A DNA stretch of 64,000 bases from the NCBI GenBank assembly GCA_963706595.1, contig OY970166.1:3456001-3520000 (forward strand), given 5' to 3'. Positions within the stretch are counted from its first letter, which is position 1. Each line of letters opens with the position of its first letter. A program made the translations under genes and the position numbers. The DNA comes from an uncultured cyanobacterium. Lineage in GTDB: Bacteria > Cyanobacteriota > Cyanobacteriia > Cyanobacteriales > Nostocaceae. Positions 7,782 to 17,208 of the stretch are shown here, one piece after another. The notes beneath the pieces are model-generated. The model did not search any database. It had not been told where the DNA came from and saw nothing but the letters and a program-made list of their open reading frames with translations.

Positions 7782-10250
7782 TTAAGGTATTGCTGGCTGA
7801 GGATTAATTTGTTCCAATTCATTGAGGTTGCGTTCTCTTTGTAACTGTTCTACTCCTTGGTCAACTCCTCGCCTTAACCGTTCAGCAGTTTGTTGATCAA
7901 ATGGATTTGCTGGCTCTCCCATCTTAAACAAAATTCTAAACACGTTATTAGAAATGCTAAAGCCATTACCATCCGCATCTCTACCAAAGTTGTATTCATT
8001 GTTATTCCAAGATAAACTCAGAGATGGACTATTATAATCATTACCTAATTTAAGTTGCGCCCTAGTTCCATATCGGGAACGACTGCTAGTTTCATTAATA
8101 GGTGTGTAATAAGCCGACAAGCTAAAGTTTTTACTTAATTGCAGTTCTAAATCAGCTAAGAGAGTATTAGCAATTGAATTGGGCAAAATATCGCCAAAAT
8201 AGTTAACTAATCCCAAAGAAACAGAATTCATATTCAGTCTAACTCCCGTTGTCACCGAACTTCCAGGAGAAATACTGATAGTGCTACCAATTGTACTTTC
8301 TCGGTCAAGGGCATAATTGACTCCTGTGGATAAAACAAAATTAGTAGTACGATTTACAGGAATTCTTTTAGAAACACTACCTACCAATTGACTATAGTAC
8401 TCACGGTCTGGATTAATATAACCAATTGCTCCGGCTGAGTATGTCCAACCATTGGTTGTTCGATGAGTAAAGTCTCCGCCAAGATAAGCTTTAATTATGT
8501 CTCCAGTAATGACACCTGTGTAATATTTGAAGACATTTTGTGAACCTGTAATATTGCCAGTAAAGCTAAAATGGGGATGATAGATAGTTGTTTCTGTTAA
8601 TCTGCTACCATCTACAAAATTCACATCTTGCTGAAAATTTGACACATAAATTTGAGTGTAGAAATTTTGTAGATTAGCGGTAGAAAATTCTTGCCCATTC
8701 ACAGAAGATAGTAAACTAACATTGGAGTTTATACCTCCTTCTGCTCCTGCATTTGCCAAGACCCTCTGAGAACCAATAGGTTCATATCGATTGATCGATT
8801 CAATTCTGCGGAAGGTAACAGGTGAAAAACCAATCCAAATACTATTAAAAGTTGCATTAGGAACTTGATTTAAATTAGTTATATTTGTTGGGCTTTTGGC
8901 TTCTCCAACCCCTGCATGATATATAGCGAAACTATTCACAGGTAGCCTAGTATTATTGGCCGCTGCAAATAAATTTCTGTTAATATTCGGGTTAACCGGA
9001 TTTTTGCCTCCTGTAATTTTTGGATTAGCATCTGGTAAGACTGTATTTCCTAACTGAAAAATTGAATTAAGGGCTAAATTAGGATCATTTAAAATGAATC
9101 CATAACCGCGAATTGTCCGACCAATGACTGCTTTCTCATTATTAGCTTTGACAATCTGCCGTACTGTTGAATAAAAGCCAGTTGGTGTATTTTGATTATT
9201 TTCTTCCCTAGTAACAACAGATGTGTCTCCTGTGTTATTTCCAGGTAAAGCCCCAGCATTGGGAAAATATAAATCCATCCCAATTTCCTGACCATTTGCT
9301 CCCCTTTGAAAGCCAGGTAAACTCATAACTGCTAAAGATTCTGGTGTAACTACATCTCCTAGATTGCTGGTTTGATTAATGCGCGTTGGCACAAAAAAGT
9401 CTGGTTCAATACTATTTCTGTCAGTGACTAAGCCAGGTGTATATGTACATTGTTGGTCAGATGGAGTATTTGGTAAAATACAGGAACCGACAAGACTCAT
9501 TTGGATTTGTGTACCTAATAAAGTTTGTGGTTCTTTTCTGAGAGTTGTCACTTCACGAGAGGTTCTAAGAGTTTGTAACTGTACATAACTTCCTGTTTGC
9601 TCGACTGTAAAAATGTTATCTCTAGTCAAACTTTCTTGAATCTGACTATGTATTTTGAGAATACCATTATAATCTAAGCTTCCATTTTGATCTTCACCAA
9701 AACTAGTTAACCCAATAATTTCCCACTCTGTCAAATGACTAATAGGTATACCATTTAGCAGTAGACTGGTTGTAAGTGGGTTAATTCTTTCTTTAGGCGC
9801 AATTCGTGGCGGGATTAAGTAATTTGGATCTCCAGTTTCAATTTGCTGGGGAGTTTCTATTAATGGTCGCTCATCAAGTTCTGCAACCAGAGGTAAGTCA
9901 TTTGTCGGTTTAGCTGTGGGTAATTTCTGCTTATTGGCGAGTTCTGAAACACTAAACTCATATAGCGAGTCTGAATCCCATTCAGGCAAGATTGGGATAA
10001 TTTTAATACTTTGTTTTGAATTAGTATCAGCAGCTTCAATTGGTTGAACTTTTTGATCTAAGTCTGCTACTTTGGTCTGAGCATCAAGTTTGATAATATC
10101 CTGTTGGAATGGGATGTTAAAATTTAAATTAAATTCGGGAGCGCTATGAATATTTTGATTTTTAAATTCAGATGCTAATACAGGAAATTGGATAAAAATT
10201 ATAAATTTTAATAGAAGCAATGATAGTTCAAGCCAACGTATTGAAGTCAT
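7782..10250 (-). CDS. Large secreted protein with a putative C-terminal outer-membrane beta-barrel
   Basis: 822-aa ORF; N-terminal signal peptide (..FPVLA), disordered linker, Cys pair, and C-terminal ~250 aa with an alternating hydrophobic/aromatic strand pattern. Barrel is inferred. Confidence 0.7.
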   Translation of the reverse strand: MTSIRWLELSLLLLKFIIFIQFPVLASEFKNQNIHSAPEFNLNFNIPFQQDIIKLDAQTKVADLDQKVQPIEAADTNSKQSIKIIPILPEWDSDSLYEFSVSELANKQKLPTAKPTNDLPLVAELDERPLIETPQQIETGDPNYLIPPRIAPKERINPLTTSLLLNGIPISHLTEWEIIGLTSFGEDQNGSLDYNGILKIHSQIQESLTRDNIFTVEQTGSYVQLQTLRTSREVTTLRKEPQTLLGTQIQMSLVGSCILPNTPSDQQCTYTPGLVTDRNSIEPDFFVPTRINQTSNLGDVVTPESLAVMSLPGFQRGANGQEIGMDLYFPNAGALPGNNTGDTSVVTREENNQNTPTGFYSTVRQIVKANNEKAVIGRTIRGYGFILNDPNLALNSIFQLGNTVLPDANPKITGGKNPVNPNINRNLFAAANNTRLPVNSFAIYHAGVGEAKSPTNITNLNQVPNATFNSIWIGFSPVTFRRIESINRYEPIGSQRVLANAGAEGGINSNVSLLSSVNGQEFSTANLQNFYTQIYVSNFQQDVNFVDGSRLTETTIYHPHFSFTGNITGSQNVFKYYTGVITGDIIKAYLGGDFTHRTTNGWTYSAGAIGYINPDREYYSQLVGSVSKRIPVNRTTNFVLSTGVNYALDRESTIGSTISISPGSSVTTGVRLNMNSVSLGLVNYFGDILPNSIANTLLADLELQLSKNFSLSAYYTPINETSSRSRYGTRAQLKLGNDYNSPSLSLSWNNNEYNFGRDADGNGFSISNNVFRILFKMGEPANPFDQQTAERLRRGVDQGVEQLQRERNLNELEQINPQPAIP

Positions 10251-10747
10251 AAAAAATGTTTGTTGTTGAAGACACCTATAGATTAGTTATTGGCAAGATT
10301 TTTGCTATTTTTGATTAGGAAAAACTTGAGTAAATGGCCAAGATATTAAAGATTAACTATCTAAAGGCAGAAGCTAATGAGCTTATAGGCTTTTTTTAGG
10401 AAGCATATTATACCGTCAATAGAATTTAAACTCCTTGGAGAATATCCGGCATCAGTAAATTTTCTTATTTTAATGTAAAGATTGATTGAAGGCAGTAAAA
10501 TTGCTATTAATTGACCAACAGGTTCATAAAATCTTAATTTTATGTCTAGCAACTTAATTATTTTGAATAGAGACAATTTTATATTTAATTTTCGAGGACA
10601 AATATCGTCGTAATTTCAAGAAGCGCCTCATCAAGAACGATATGCAGTGTAATCATTTTCGGTTACGATTACTGTCGTAGAAGTATTTGTCTCAACCATA
10701 ATTTAACATTCAAGAAGAATAACAACAGAATTTCTCTGCGCTGCTAA

Positions 10748-12153
10748 ATGTTTAAAGCTACTCGCCGCCGTCTTGCTATCTGGTACACTGCCGTCACTGC
10801 GGTTTTACTTTTACTATTCGCCAGTGGTGTATATTTATATGTCCGCAGTACATTAATTGAGCGTGTTGATGATACCCTCAATCACGTAGTGGAAATTGTC
10901 GAGCGATCGCTAGTAATTTTGCCAGTCGATGGGGATGTGGAAAAATTGCGCGTTAATGTAGAAGCCAGTTTTCGCGACAATACCAGCACTGTAGAAGATG
11001 ACCACATTGACCTAGAATGGTTTAACCCCAATGGCAAATTACTTTGGTCTACCCTATCGGAACCTTTAAATATTCCCATTCATGGTAACTGTCTGGGTGA
11101 AACCGTCCGAATATTCAAACCACAAACAGACCACTCCCCTCTTTTACTGCGACAAGTTACCCAGCGTGTGGAAATGGGACGGCAAGTATTAGGATATCTG
11201 CGTGTTAGTCATCCCTGGTTTGAAGTCACTAAACCTAGTCGCCAGTTAATCATTGATTTGGCGTTAGGTACTTGGTTCATGGTGCTGTCTGTGGCTGGAA
11301 GTGGCTGGTTCCTTTCAGGTAAAGCAATGGAACCAGTGGGGGAATCTTACCAACGGCTAAAACAATTTACTGCTGATGCTTCTCACGAACTCCGCAGTCC
11401 TATTACTTTGATTCAAACTAATGTGCAAGTTGCGCTGGCTGATTTAGAATTGGTAGATTCACAAAATGAGAGTTTTGTCAACTATCGTCAACAATTAAAA
11501 ATCGTGGAACGGCTAACGCAGCGCTTGGGTAAGCTAGTCAATGATTTATTGTTTTTAGCCAGACAGGATAGTGGTATTAGCAAAGATGTGTTTTCATCTT
11601 GTCCCCTGGATGCTTTACTCATGGAAGTAGTTGAAGAACAACAACTATTAGCCAAGGAAAAAAAAATTAGTTTAACTCTGGACTTGGTTGATCCTCCCAC
11701 CTCGGAAACTAGCCCCGAATTATTAGAAAATTGGTTTACACTCCAGGGAAAATGGGATCAATTGGTACGGTTATTGACAAATTTAATTAGCAATGCATTA
11801 CAGTATACCCCAGCCGAGGGAGAGGTGTATGTACAATTGGCGCGTCTAGAGGGTAGCAATCGCGTTTCTAAAATTCTTTACAACACAGCTTTATTGCAAA
11901 TTAAAATTAGCGATACTGGGATTGGTATTCCCGCCGAAGCCTTACCCCGCTTATTTGACCGCTTTTATCGGGTAATCCAGCCCGGACTCATAAGACAGCA
12001 AAGACCAATACAGAAAGTTCTACAGGTTCAGGATTAGGACTAGCGATCGCTGCGGCCATTGTCCAACATCATCAAGGTCATCTGCAAGTTGAAAGCAATA
12101 TTGGCGCAGGTACAACTTTTACTGTCACTTTACCAATCACTCTGGAGTATTAA
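10748..12153 (+). CDS. Membrane sensor histidine kinase (ManS/RppB-like), -1 frameshift near 11975
   Basis: Two TMs, [14 protein letters not shown]-box, NLISNA N-box, DTGIGI G1, LFDRFYRV F-box. The G2 box (GSGLGLAIA...[11 protein letters not shown]) continues in another frame to TAA at 12153. Confidence 0.88.
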
Positions 12154-12466
12154 ATTTATTTTTAATATTTGTTTCTTGTGATAGATGAAAAAGTATAAGT
12201 TTATTTAATATATTAAGTAATAACGCTTGTAAAAAATTTCCTTTCAGACTAAAAGTTTAGGACTACACAAACTAATTCTGTACGGGAATTTCAGGCAACC
12301 TGTGCAGGTAATTTGAGTCTGGATGGCTGCGATTTATGCTCGCTTGAAATTTTTGCTGACAGTTTAATATTGCTACTTTGCAAACTTGATTGCGTAGTTA
12401 TATCAACTGCTAGCTTTAGCTTGGCTAAATACTTACATAATAAAAAATTTTTGGAGGTCTGTCTAT

Positions 12467-13315
12467 ATGCCTATTAGTATCAGAAAAGATATTGCTTATA
12501 TTCTGCTCAAAAAAATTAATGATACGGGAGAAGGAATGCACGAGGTGAGATTTAATGAGGCTGATTTAGCCAGCCGTAAATTAACACCCGCCGAATTTTT
12601 AGGACATTTAGATTATTTGAATCAACAGGATTATATTAACGCTGAGTTTACAGGTAATGCTTATGCAAATAACGATGTTCCTGATTTTATAAATCCCCAA
12701 GAAATCGCCAATCATAATGGTGCGGGTGGAGTTTTACCTCACTTGATTACCTTTAAAAAGGCAGAATTAACAGAAAAAGGGGAGAAAATGCTCAAGAGAC
12801 TGGATGCGAATCCTCCTGAAGGTTTAAAAGCAGGTTCATCGGTTCCCATTGCTACGAAAGATATGCCTTTTTTGGAAAAGGTAATGTTGAAAAGTGGTTT
12901 AAACGATATTTTCGATGCTAGAGACATTACAGAAGTAGTATACCGGGTGATGCGCGACTTGATGACCACAGCCGCCGCCGACCGAGTAGAAGAGGAATTA
13001 CACAAACCAATTGAATCCACCAATGATAAATCGCTACAAATGGAAATTGCTGATTTGTGGCATGATACAAATCCAATTGTGGGATTTTTGAGTCGGGTAC
13101 GTCCACCTTGGCAAGGTCCTGGTATCTTTAAAATTGATAGTGATCGCTTCTTATTTAGAGTAGCAAATGAAGGCGGAATGCCACCCAATGCAGACCGGGA
13201 ACAAGTGGTAAAGGCGATATTTTCTGCTACTAAAGATGAATTATCACCGGAAAGAATTGAGGAAATTGCTAGTTGGTTACCTGAAAAAGTCCGCCAACTC
13301 TGGGAAGAAGCTTAA
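12467..13315 (+). CDS. DUF2267 domain protein with an N-terminal winged-helix-like extension
   Basis: GGAGG RBS; C-terminal FLEKVM...DARDITEVVYRVMRDLM...VKAIFSATKDELSPERIEEIASWLP. Confidence 0.75.
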   Translation: MPISIRKDIAYILLKKINDTGEGMHEVRFNEADLASRKLTPAEFLGHLDYLNQQDYINAEFTGNAYANNDVPDFINPQEIANHNGAGGVLPHLITFKKAELTEKGEKMLKRLDANPPEGLKAGSSVPIATKDMPFLEKVMLKSGLNDIFDARDITEVVYRVMRDLMTTAAADRVEEELHKPIESTNDKSLQMEIADLWHDTNPIVGFLSRVRPPWQGPGIFKIDSDRFLFRVANEGGMPPNADREQVVKAIFSATKDELSPERIEEIASWLPEKVRQLWEEA

Positions 13316-13346
13316 AGAATATTCAGGACATAAATAAAAAATAAAT

Positions 13347-13375
13347 ATCCCCGACTTCTTAAATAAGTCGGGGAT
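13347..13375. repeat. ATCCCCGACTT/AAGTCGGGGAT palindrome (copy 1 of 3), likely 3' stem/terminator
   Basis: Same stem at 19436-19468 and 40190-40222, always just after a stop codon. Confidence 0.8.
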
Positions 13376-13621
13376 TTTAGTCTCTCAGTGTTTGCTAATT
13401 ATTTCTTATTTAATAACCTCAGCCTTCAGATTGAAATAAAGGCTTAAGTTTAGACTGATTCCGTTACTCTAGTTAGATTAAATAACTCAAGTTAATTGCT
13501 ATATTTTAATTATCTAGTAATTTGAAATTAATTATCTCATATTTTAGGATTGTCTTACCTAATTTAAATAGATTGAGAAATTTTTAAGGCAATGAAAGTT
13601 AAGATGTTTTAGGAGTGAATT

Positions 13622-14449
13622 ATGAATAAACATACCCAAAAGGTTCGCAAGTATGCTGGATTATTCAGCGCTATTTGTGGTGGATTATTAATTAGCGCGC
13701 CAGCAATTTCTCACAGGGCTGTAGCACAACAACCAACTTCTCAAATCAATCCTTGTCCTAGTATTTATTACGAAGAACCACACAATAGCCGGATTTTAGT
13801 GCCACAGGGATGTCCTCCCAATGCCCTAACGCGAAAATTAGCGGCGCAAGGGATGCTTCCACCTCCTACCGCCCCGGCTACCCCCGCACCTAGTCAAATA
13901 CCGTTAGGCGTGGGCGGTGAAGCACCTGATTCAAAACCCCTGGTAGTCAATCCCTGTCCGCGTATTTACTATGAAGAACCACACAATAATCAGGTATTAG
14001 TACCAGAAGGATGTCCTCCCAATACTTTCACGCAACAACAGCAAGCACAAGGGATTTCACCCAGTCAAGCTGTACCAATGCGTCCACCAGTTACCGCAAT
14101 TCAACCACCATTACCAGCAGAACAACAACCACCCAGCGCCAAAATTGCTCTCGCTGATGGAAGGGTAAATATCCGCTTGGTGAATGATAGTGGGGCTGAG
14201 GTGACTTATGAGGTGGTTGGTGATACACCAGCGCGATCGCTTGAGGGAAAATCAGATATAATGCTCCGAGATTTAACTGCACCAGTAACTGTGACATTCT
14301 TTCGTGAAGATGGCGGATTAATTCAGGTGACTCCCCAACCTTCTGCGGAAACAGGAATGATAGAAGTCAGATTGAACGCTACAACTGATGTCCAGCAAGA
14401 TAAAAATGCTGTGCGGATTCAAGAGGATGGTACGGTGTTCTTGAATTAG
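13622..14449 (+). CDS. Secreted Pro-rich protein with two Cys-bracketed repeats
   Basis: Signal peptide; NPCPxIYYEEPHN-x-VPxGCPPN occurs twice; C-terminal beta-rich domain. Confidence 0.8.
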   Translation: MNKHTQKVRKYAGLFSAICGGLLISAPAISHRAVAQQPTSQINPCPSIYYEEPHNSRILVPQGCPPNALTRKLAAQGMLPPPTAPATPAPSQIPLGVGGEAPDSKPLVVNPCPRIYYEEPHNNQVLVPEGCPPNTFTQQQQAQGISPSQAVPMRPPVTAIQPPLPAEQQPPSAKIALADGRVNIRLVNDSGAEVTYEVVGDTPARSLEGKSDIMLRDLTAPVTVTFFREDGGLIQVTPQPSAETGMIEVRLNATTDVQQDKNAVRIQEDGTVFLN

Positions 14450-14498
14450 AACCCCACCCCCAACCCCTCCGGTGCAAGCGAGGAGGGGAGAAAGATTC

Positions 14499-14525
14499 AA
14501 TTACGCATTACGAATTACGAATTAC
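14499..14525. repeat. STRR heptamer (AATTACG)n
   Basis: aattacgcattacgaattacgaattac, preceded by a CCCCACCCCCAACCCCTCC...GGAGGGG palindromic element. Confidence 0.75.
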
Positions 14526-15547
14526 TTCTTCAGCATTTGAGTCAATCTATCAATTAATTGCACTTCCTGTTTGCTATCTGCAAGGGTTTGTGCTAGGACT
14601 ATCGCCCGTTCATAAAAATTACGCGCGGTTGAGTAATTACCTAATTTCTCGTATAAATGAGCATAGGATTCAAAAGACTTTAATTCTTCTCTGAGGTTTT
14701 GTAACCCCTGGGCAATTCTTAAACGTTGTTCTAGTAAGTCAAAGGCGCGCTGATAGCGTCCGACAACACTGTGGGAGAATACTAAACCGTCAATTGCACG
14801 TAATTGATTAATGCGATCGCGGCTAGTTTGAGCAATTCGCAATGCTGCACCATAAGTGCCAATTGTCTCTTGATAATCTCTGGCTTCTAAGTAAGCATCA
14901 CCTAAGTTATTCAGCGTATTGGCTTCACCGACGAGATCACGAGTTTGACGGCGGAAGGTTAGGGCAGTTTCATAGAGTTTAATGGCTTTGTTATACTCTC
15001 CCTCTCTAATTGCTACCAAACCTAAATTACTTAAAGATAGTCCTTCGCCTTCAATGTTTTTGACATGACGCGCAATTGTCAAGGCTTCTTCAAGGGTTTT
15101 ACCTGCGGCTGCGGGTTCACCTTTTTGCAGGAACAAGGTGCTGAGATTATTTAAGCCAAAAATTTGACCTTGAAAGTCTTTTGTATCACGAGCGATCGCT
15201 AAACGTCGGCGCATGACATTTTCCCCTTCTTTGAGGCGATTTAGCTGGATATAAGACATTCCCAGCAAATCATAAGTCATTCCTTGCGCCCTGAAATCGC
15301 CAATTGCCTGATAAATCTCCAACGCTTCTAAACCCGATGTCACTGCTTTATCAGCGAATCCAGAAGCATATTGTTGTTCACCGATCCGCAGCAATGTATC
15401 AGCTTGTTCTCTAGATTGTCGCCGACTCGAACTATTCACAGGGCTGTGGAGTTGTTGGGTAATATCAGCAGCACTCGCCACAGTAGGACTCAGTAAACCA
15501 ATAAAAACTAAAGCGTAACACCCTGGTAATAAATACTGTTGTTTCAT
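14522..15547 (-). CDS. Secreted tetratricopeptide repeat protein
   Basis: Signal peptide plus repeated GEGxSLSNLG / GEANTLNNLG TPR units. Confidence 0.9.
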   Translation of the reverse strand: MKQQYLLPGCYALVFIGLLSPTVASAADITQQLHSPVNSSSRRQSREQADTLLRIGEQQYASGFADKAVTSGLEALEIYQAIGDFRAQGMTYDLLGMSYIQLNRLKEGENVMRRRLAIARDTKDFQGQIFGLNNLSTLFLQKGEPAAAGKTLEEALTIARHVKNIEGEGLSLSNLGLVAIREGEYNKAIKLYETALTFRRQTRDLVGEANTLNNLGDAYLEARDYQETIGTYGAALRIAQTSRDRINQLRAIDGLVFSHSVVGRYQRAFDLLEQRLRIAQGLQNLREELKSFESYAHLYEKLGNYSTARNFYERAIVLAQTLADSKQEVQLIDRLTQMLKK

Positions 15548-15562
15548 AAATTTTAAGTATTT

Positions 15563-16201
15563 TTATATAGGCGATGATTGCACCAAGTCTTCGCCCAAGT
15601 AGATAACACGGATATCTGCGGGTAATTTGTCCTCTAGCATAGAATAGCCTTCCTGGAGCAAATTGGCTACTTCGAGCGGGGATATTTTTTCTCCTTCGGC
15701 TTGCAGGTAAGCCGCAATTCTCGTTTCACTCCAGTGGAAAGTTTGAGCCATTAAAACTATTAAGCGCAACATGGGGGGTAGTTGGTCTAAAGCCTGTTCT
15801 ACATAGCACCATAGCGGCGGGGAAGTGGCTGAAAGGGAATAATGAATGGCTTCGGTGGGCGGTAGTTGAATCTCGTTGATACAGAAAGCGGTGATATTAA
15901 TTAGCCAATTTTGCAAAGTTAAATTTTCTAAACTCGATGAGGGTTCAGCTAAATTTAGTCCCCCAAGTTCGTAGTAGATATGTTTCCAAGTCAGGGCGAA
16001 GAGATAATCTGCTTGCACAGGCGATCGCGCGGAATGCTGAATCAAGGTGTAAACTATGGGGCTATAACGGCAAAAAATCACCGTAAAATACTTGCCAGCA
16101 TCGGGATAACTCTGAAATAAATCCAGCAGTTCCTGATCATTGTGATGAAACAGCGACTTCACTAAAGGGTGATTAGCTTCGGGAAAATGGGGAATTTGCA
16201 T
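15563..16201 (-). CDS. Sigma-70/ECF-like protein (region 2 plus region 4 HTH)
   Basis: FTVIFCRYSPIVY...DYLFALTW...LQNWL and ALDQLPPMLRLIVLM...WSETRIAAYL; likely start MQIPHF at 16201. Confidence 0.7.
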   Translation of the reverse strand: MQIPHFPEANHPLVKSLFHHNDQELLDLFQSYPDAGKYFTVIFCRYSPIVYTLIQHSARSPVQADYLFALTWKHIYYELGGLNLAEPSSSLENLTLQNWLINITAFCINEIQLPPTEAIHYSLSATSPPLWCYVEQALDQLPPMLRLIVLMAQTFHWSETRIAAYLQAEGEKISPLEVANLLQEGYSMLEDKLPADIRVIYLGEDLVQSSPI

Positions 16202-16390
16202 AGCTGGAGAGTAGATAGTAGTTAAAATAGTATTTTTCATCCCAACGTTGTGCTTATCTGTATAAAATCCATGTCTTGGTCTGTTCGGTACTCAAACTCA
16301 GACTACTTTAGTATTGATAAACTAGGAACAAGGACTTAAATTTAGTTCTATCGACAATAATAAAAGCGCTCCCTTATAGAATTTTTTGGT

Positions 16391-16993
16391 TTGTTCATGG
16401 TTATAGCAGCTAATGTGATGCCTTTCTTCTTCGCCCCTCTGACTTCAGGCTCTTTTTTGTCTTCCTTGCCCTTGGATAGCTTATTCTCCACCCAAGGCAT
16501 TATGGTGATGTTGCTGGCGGCTTATGCTGGCGCTATGTGGATGTTCCTCACCAGTGCGCCCAAAGTCCACACAGTCATGGTGTCTGACTTGGAAATTGCC
16601 CGACAGTTGTATGAAGGGCTGCTAGATTTGCCAGCCGCCGAAGTACCTTTGCACTACTACTACAACTACGAACAAACTTTAGGCGCAACTGGTATTGATC
16701 CACTGTATATGTCTACCAGTCCCAGTTGGTCTAACAAGGTGATGAATAATGCTAATGATGGGTTGTGGTATCAAATGAAGAAAAATACCCAGTTGCACGT
16801 CATTACAGGGGCTAGTTTGGGTAATAAAAATCAGCAACGTCATGTCTGTTTTGACCGCGACTGCTTGGATCTGATTTTATTACGAGTGGAAATGCGCGGT
16901 TTGAAGTTCAAGATTCGCAACCAAAAGCCGCTCAATTTTTTGGTGAAGGACTATGAAGGGCGCGTGATTGAAATCGCCGAAGTCGCAAATTAA
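16391..16993 (+). CDS. Membrane-anchored glyoxalase/VOC-like protein
   Basis: VHTVMVSDLEIARQLYEGLL...QLHVI...RHVCF...FLVKDYEGRVIEI VOC pattern; exact start uncertain. Confidence 0.8.
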   Translation: MFMVIAANVMPFFFAPLTSGSFLSSLPLDSLFSTQGIMVMLLAAYAGAMWMFLTSAPKVHTVMVSDLEIARQLYEGLLDLPAAEVPLHYYYNYEQTLGATGIDPLYMSTSPSWSNKVMNNANDGLWYQMKKNTQLHVITGASLGNKNQQRHVCFDRDCLDLILLRVEMRGLKFKIRNQKPLNFLVKDYEGRVIEIAEVAN

Positions 16994-17208
16994 TCATGTT
17001 GGGTGTTGCAGTTTTGAACTGATCAACACCCAATTTGTTTATATAATCGAACCGCCAAGTCGCCAAGTGCGCCAAGTGAAGAAGGATGTACACCTCACAC
17101 CGATATGAAACTGAATTAAACTTAAAATAAAATAGTTAATTCCCAAGTGTTAATTTTCCAAGCTTTAACTCTCATCGTCAGCAATGGTTATTGTTTCAAG
17201 GTGAAGTC

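Noticed and set aside
10361..10576. 71-aa ORF upstream of the 822-aa gene
   Set aside because: AT-rich intergenic sequence, TTG start, no RBS or recognisable motif.
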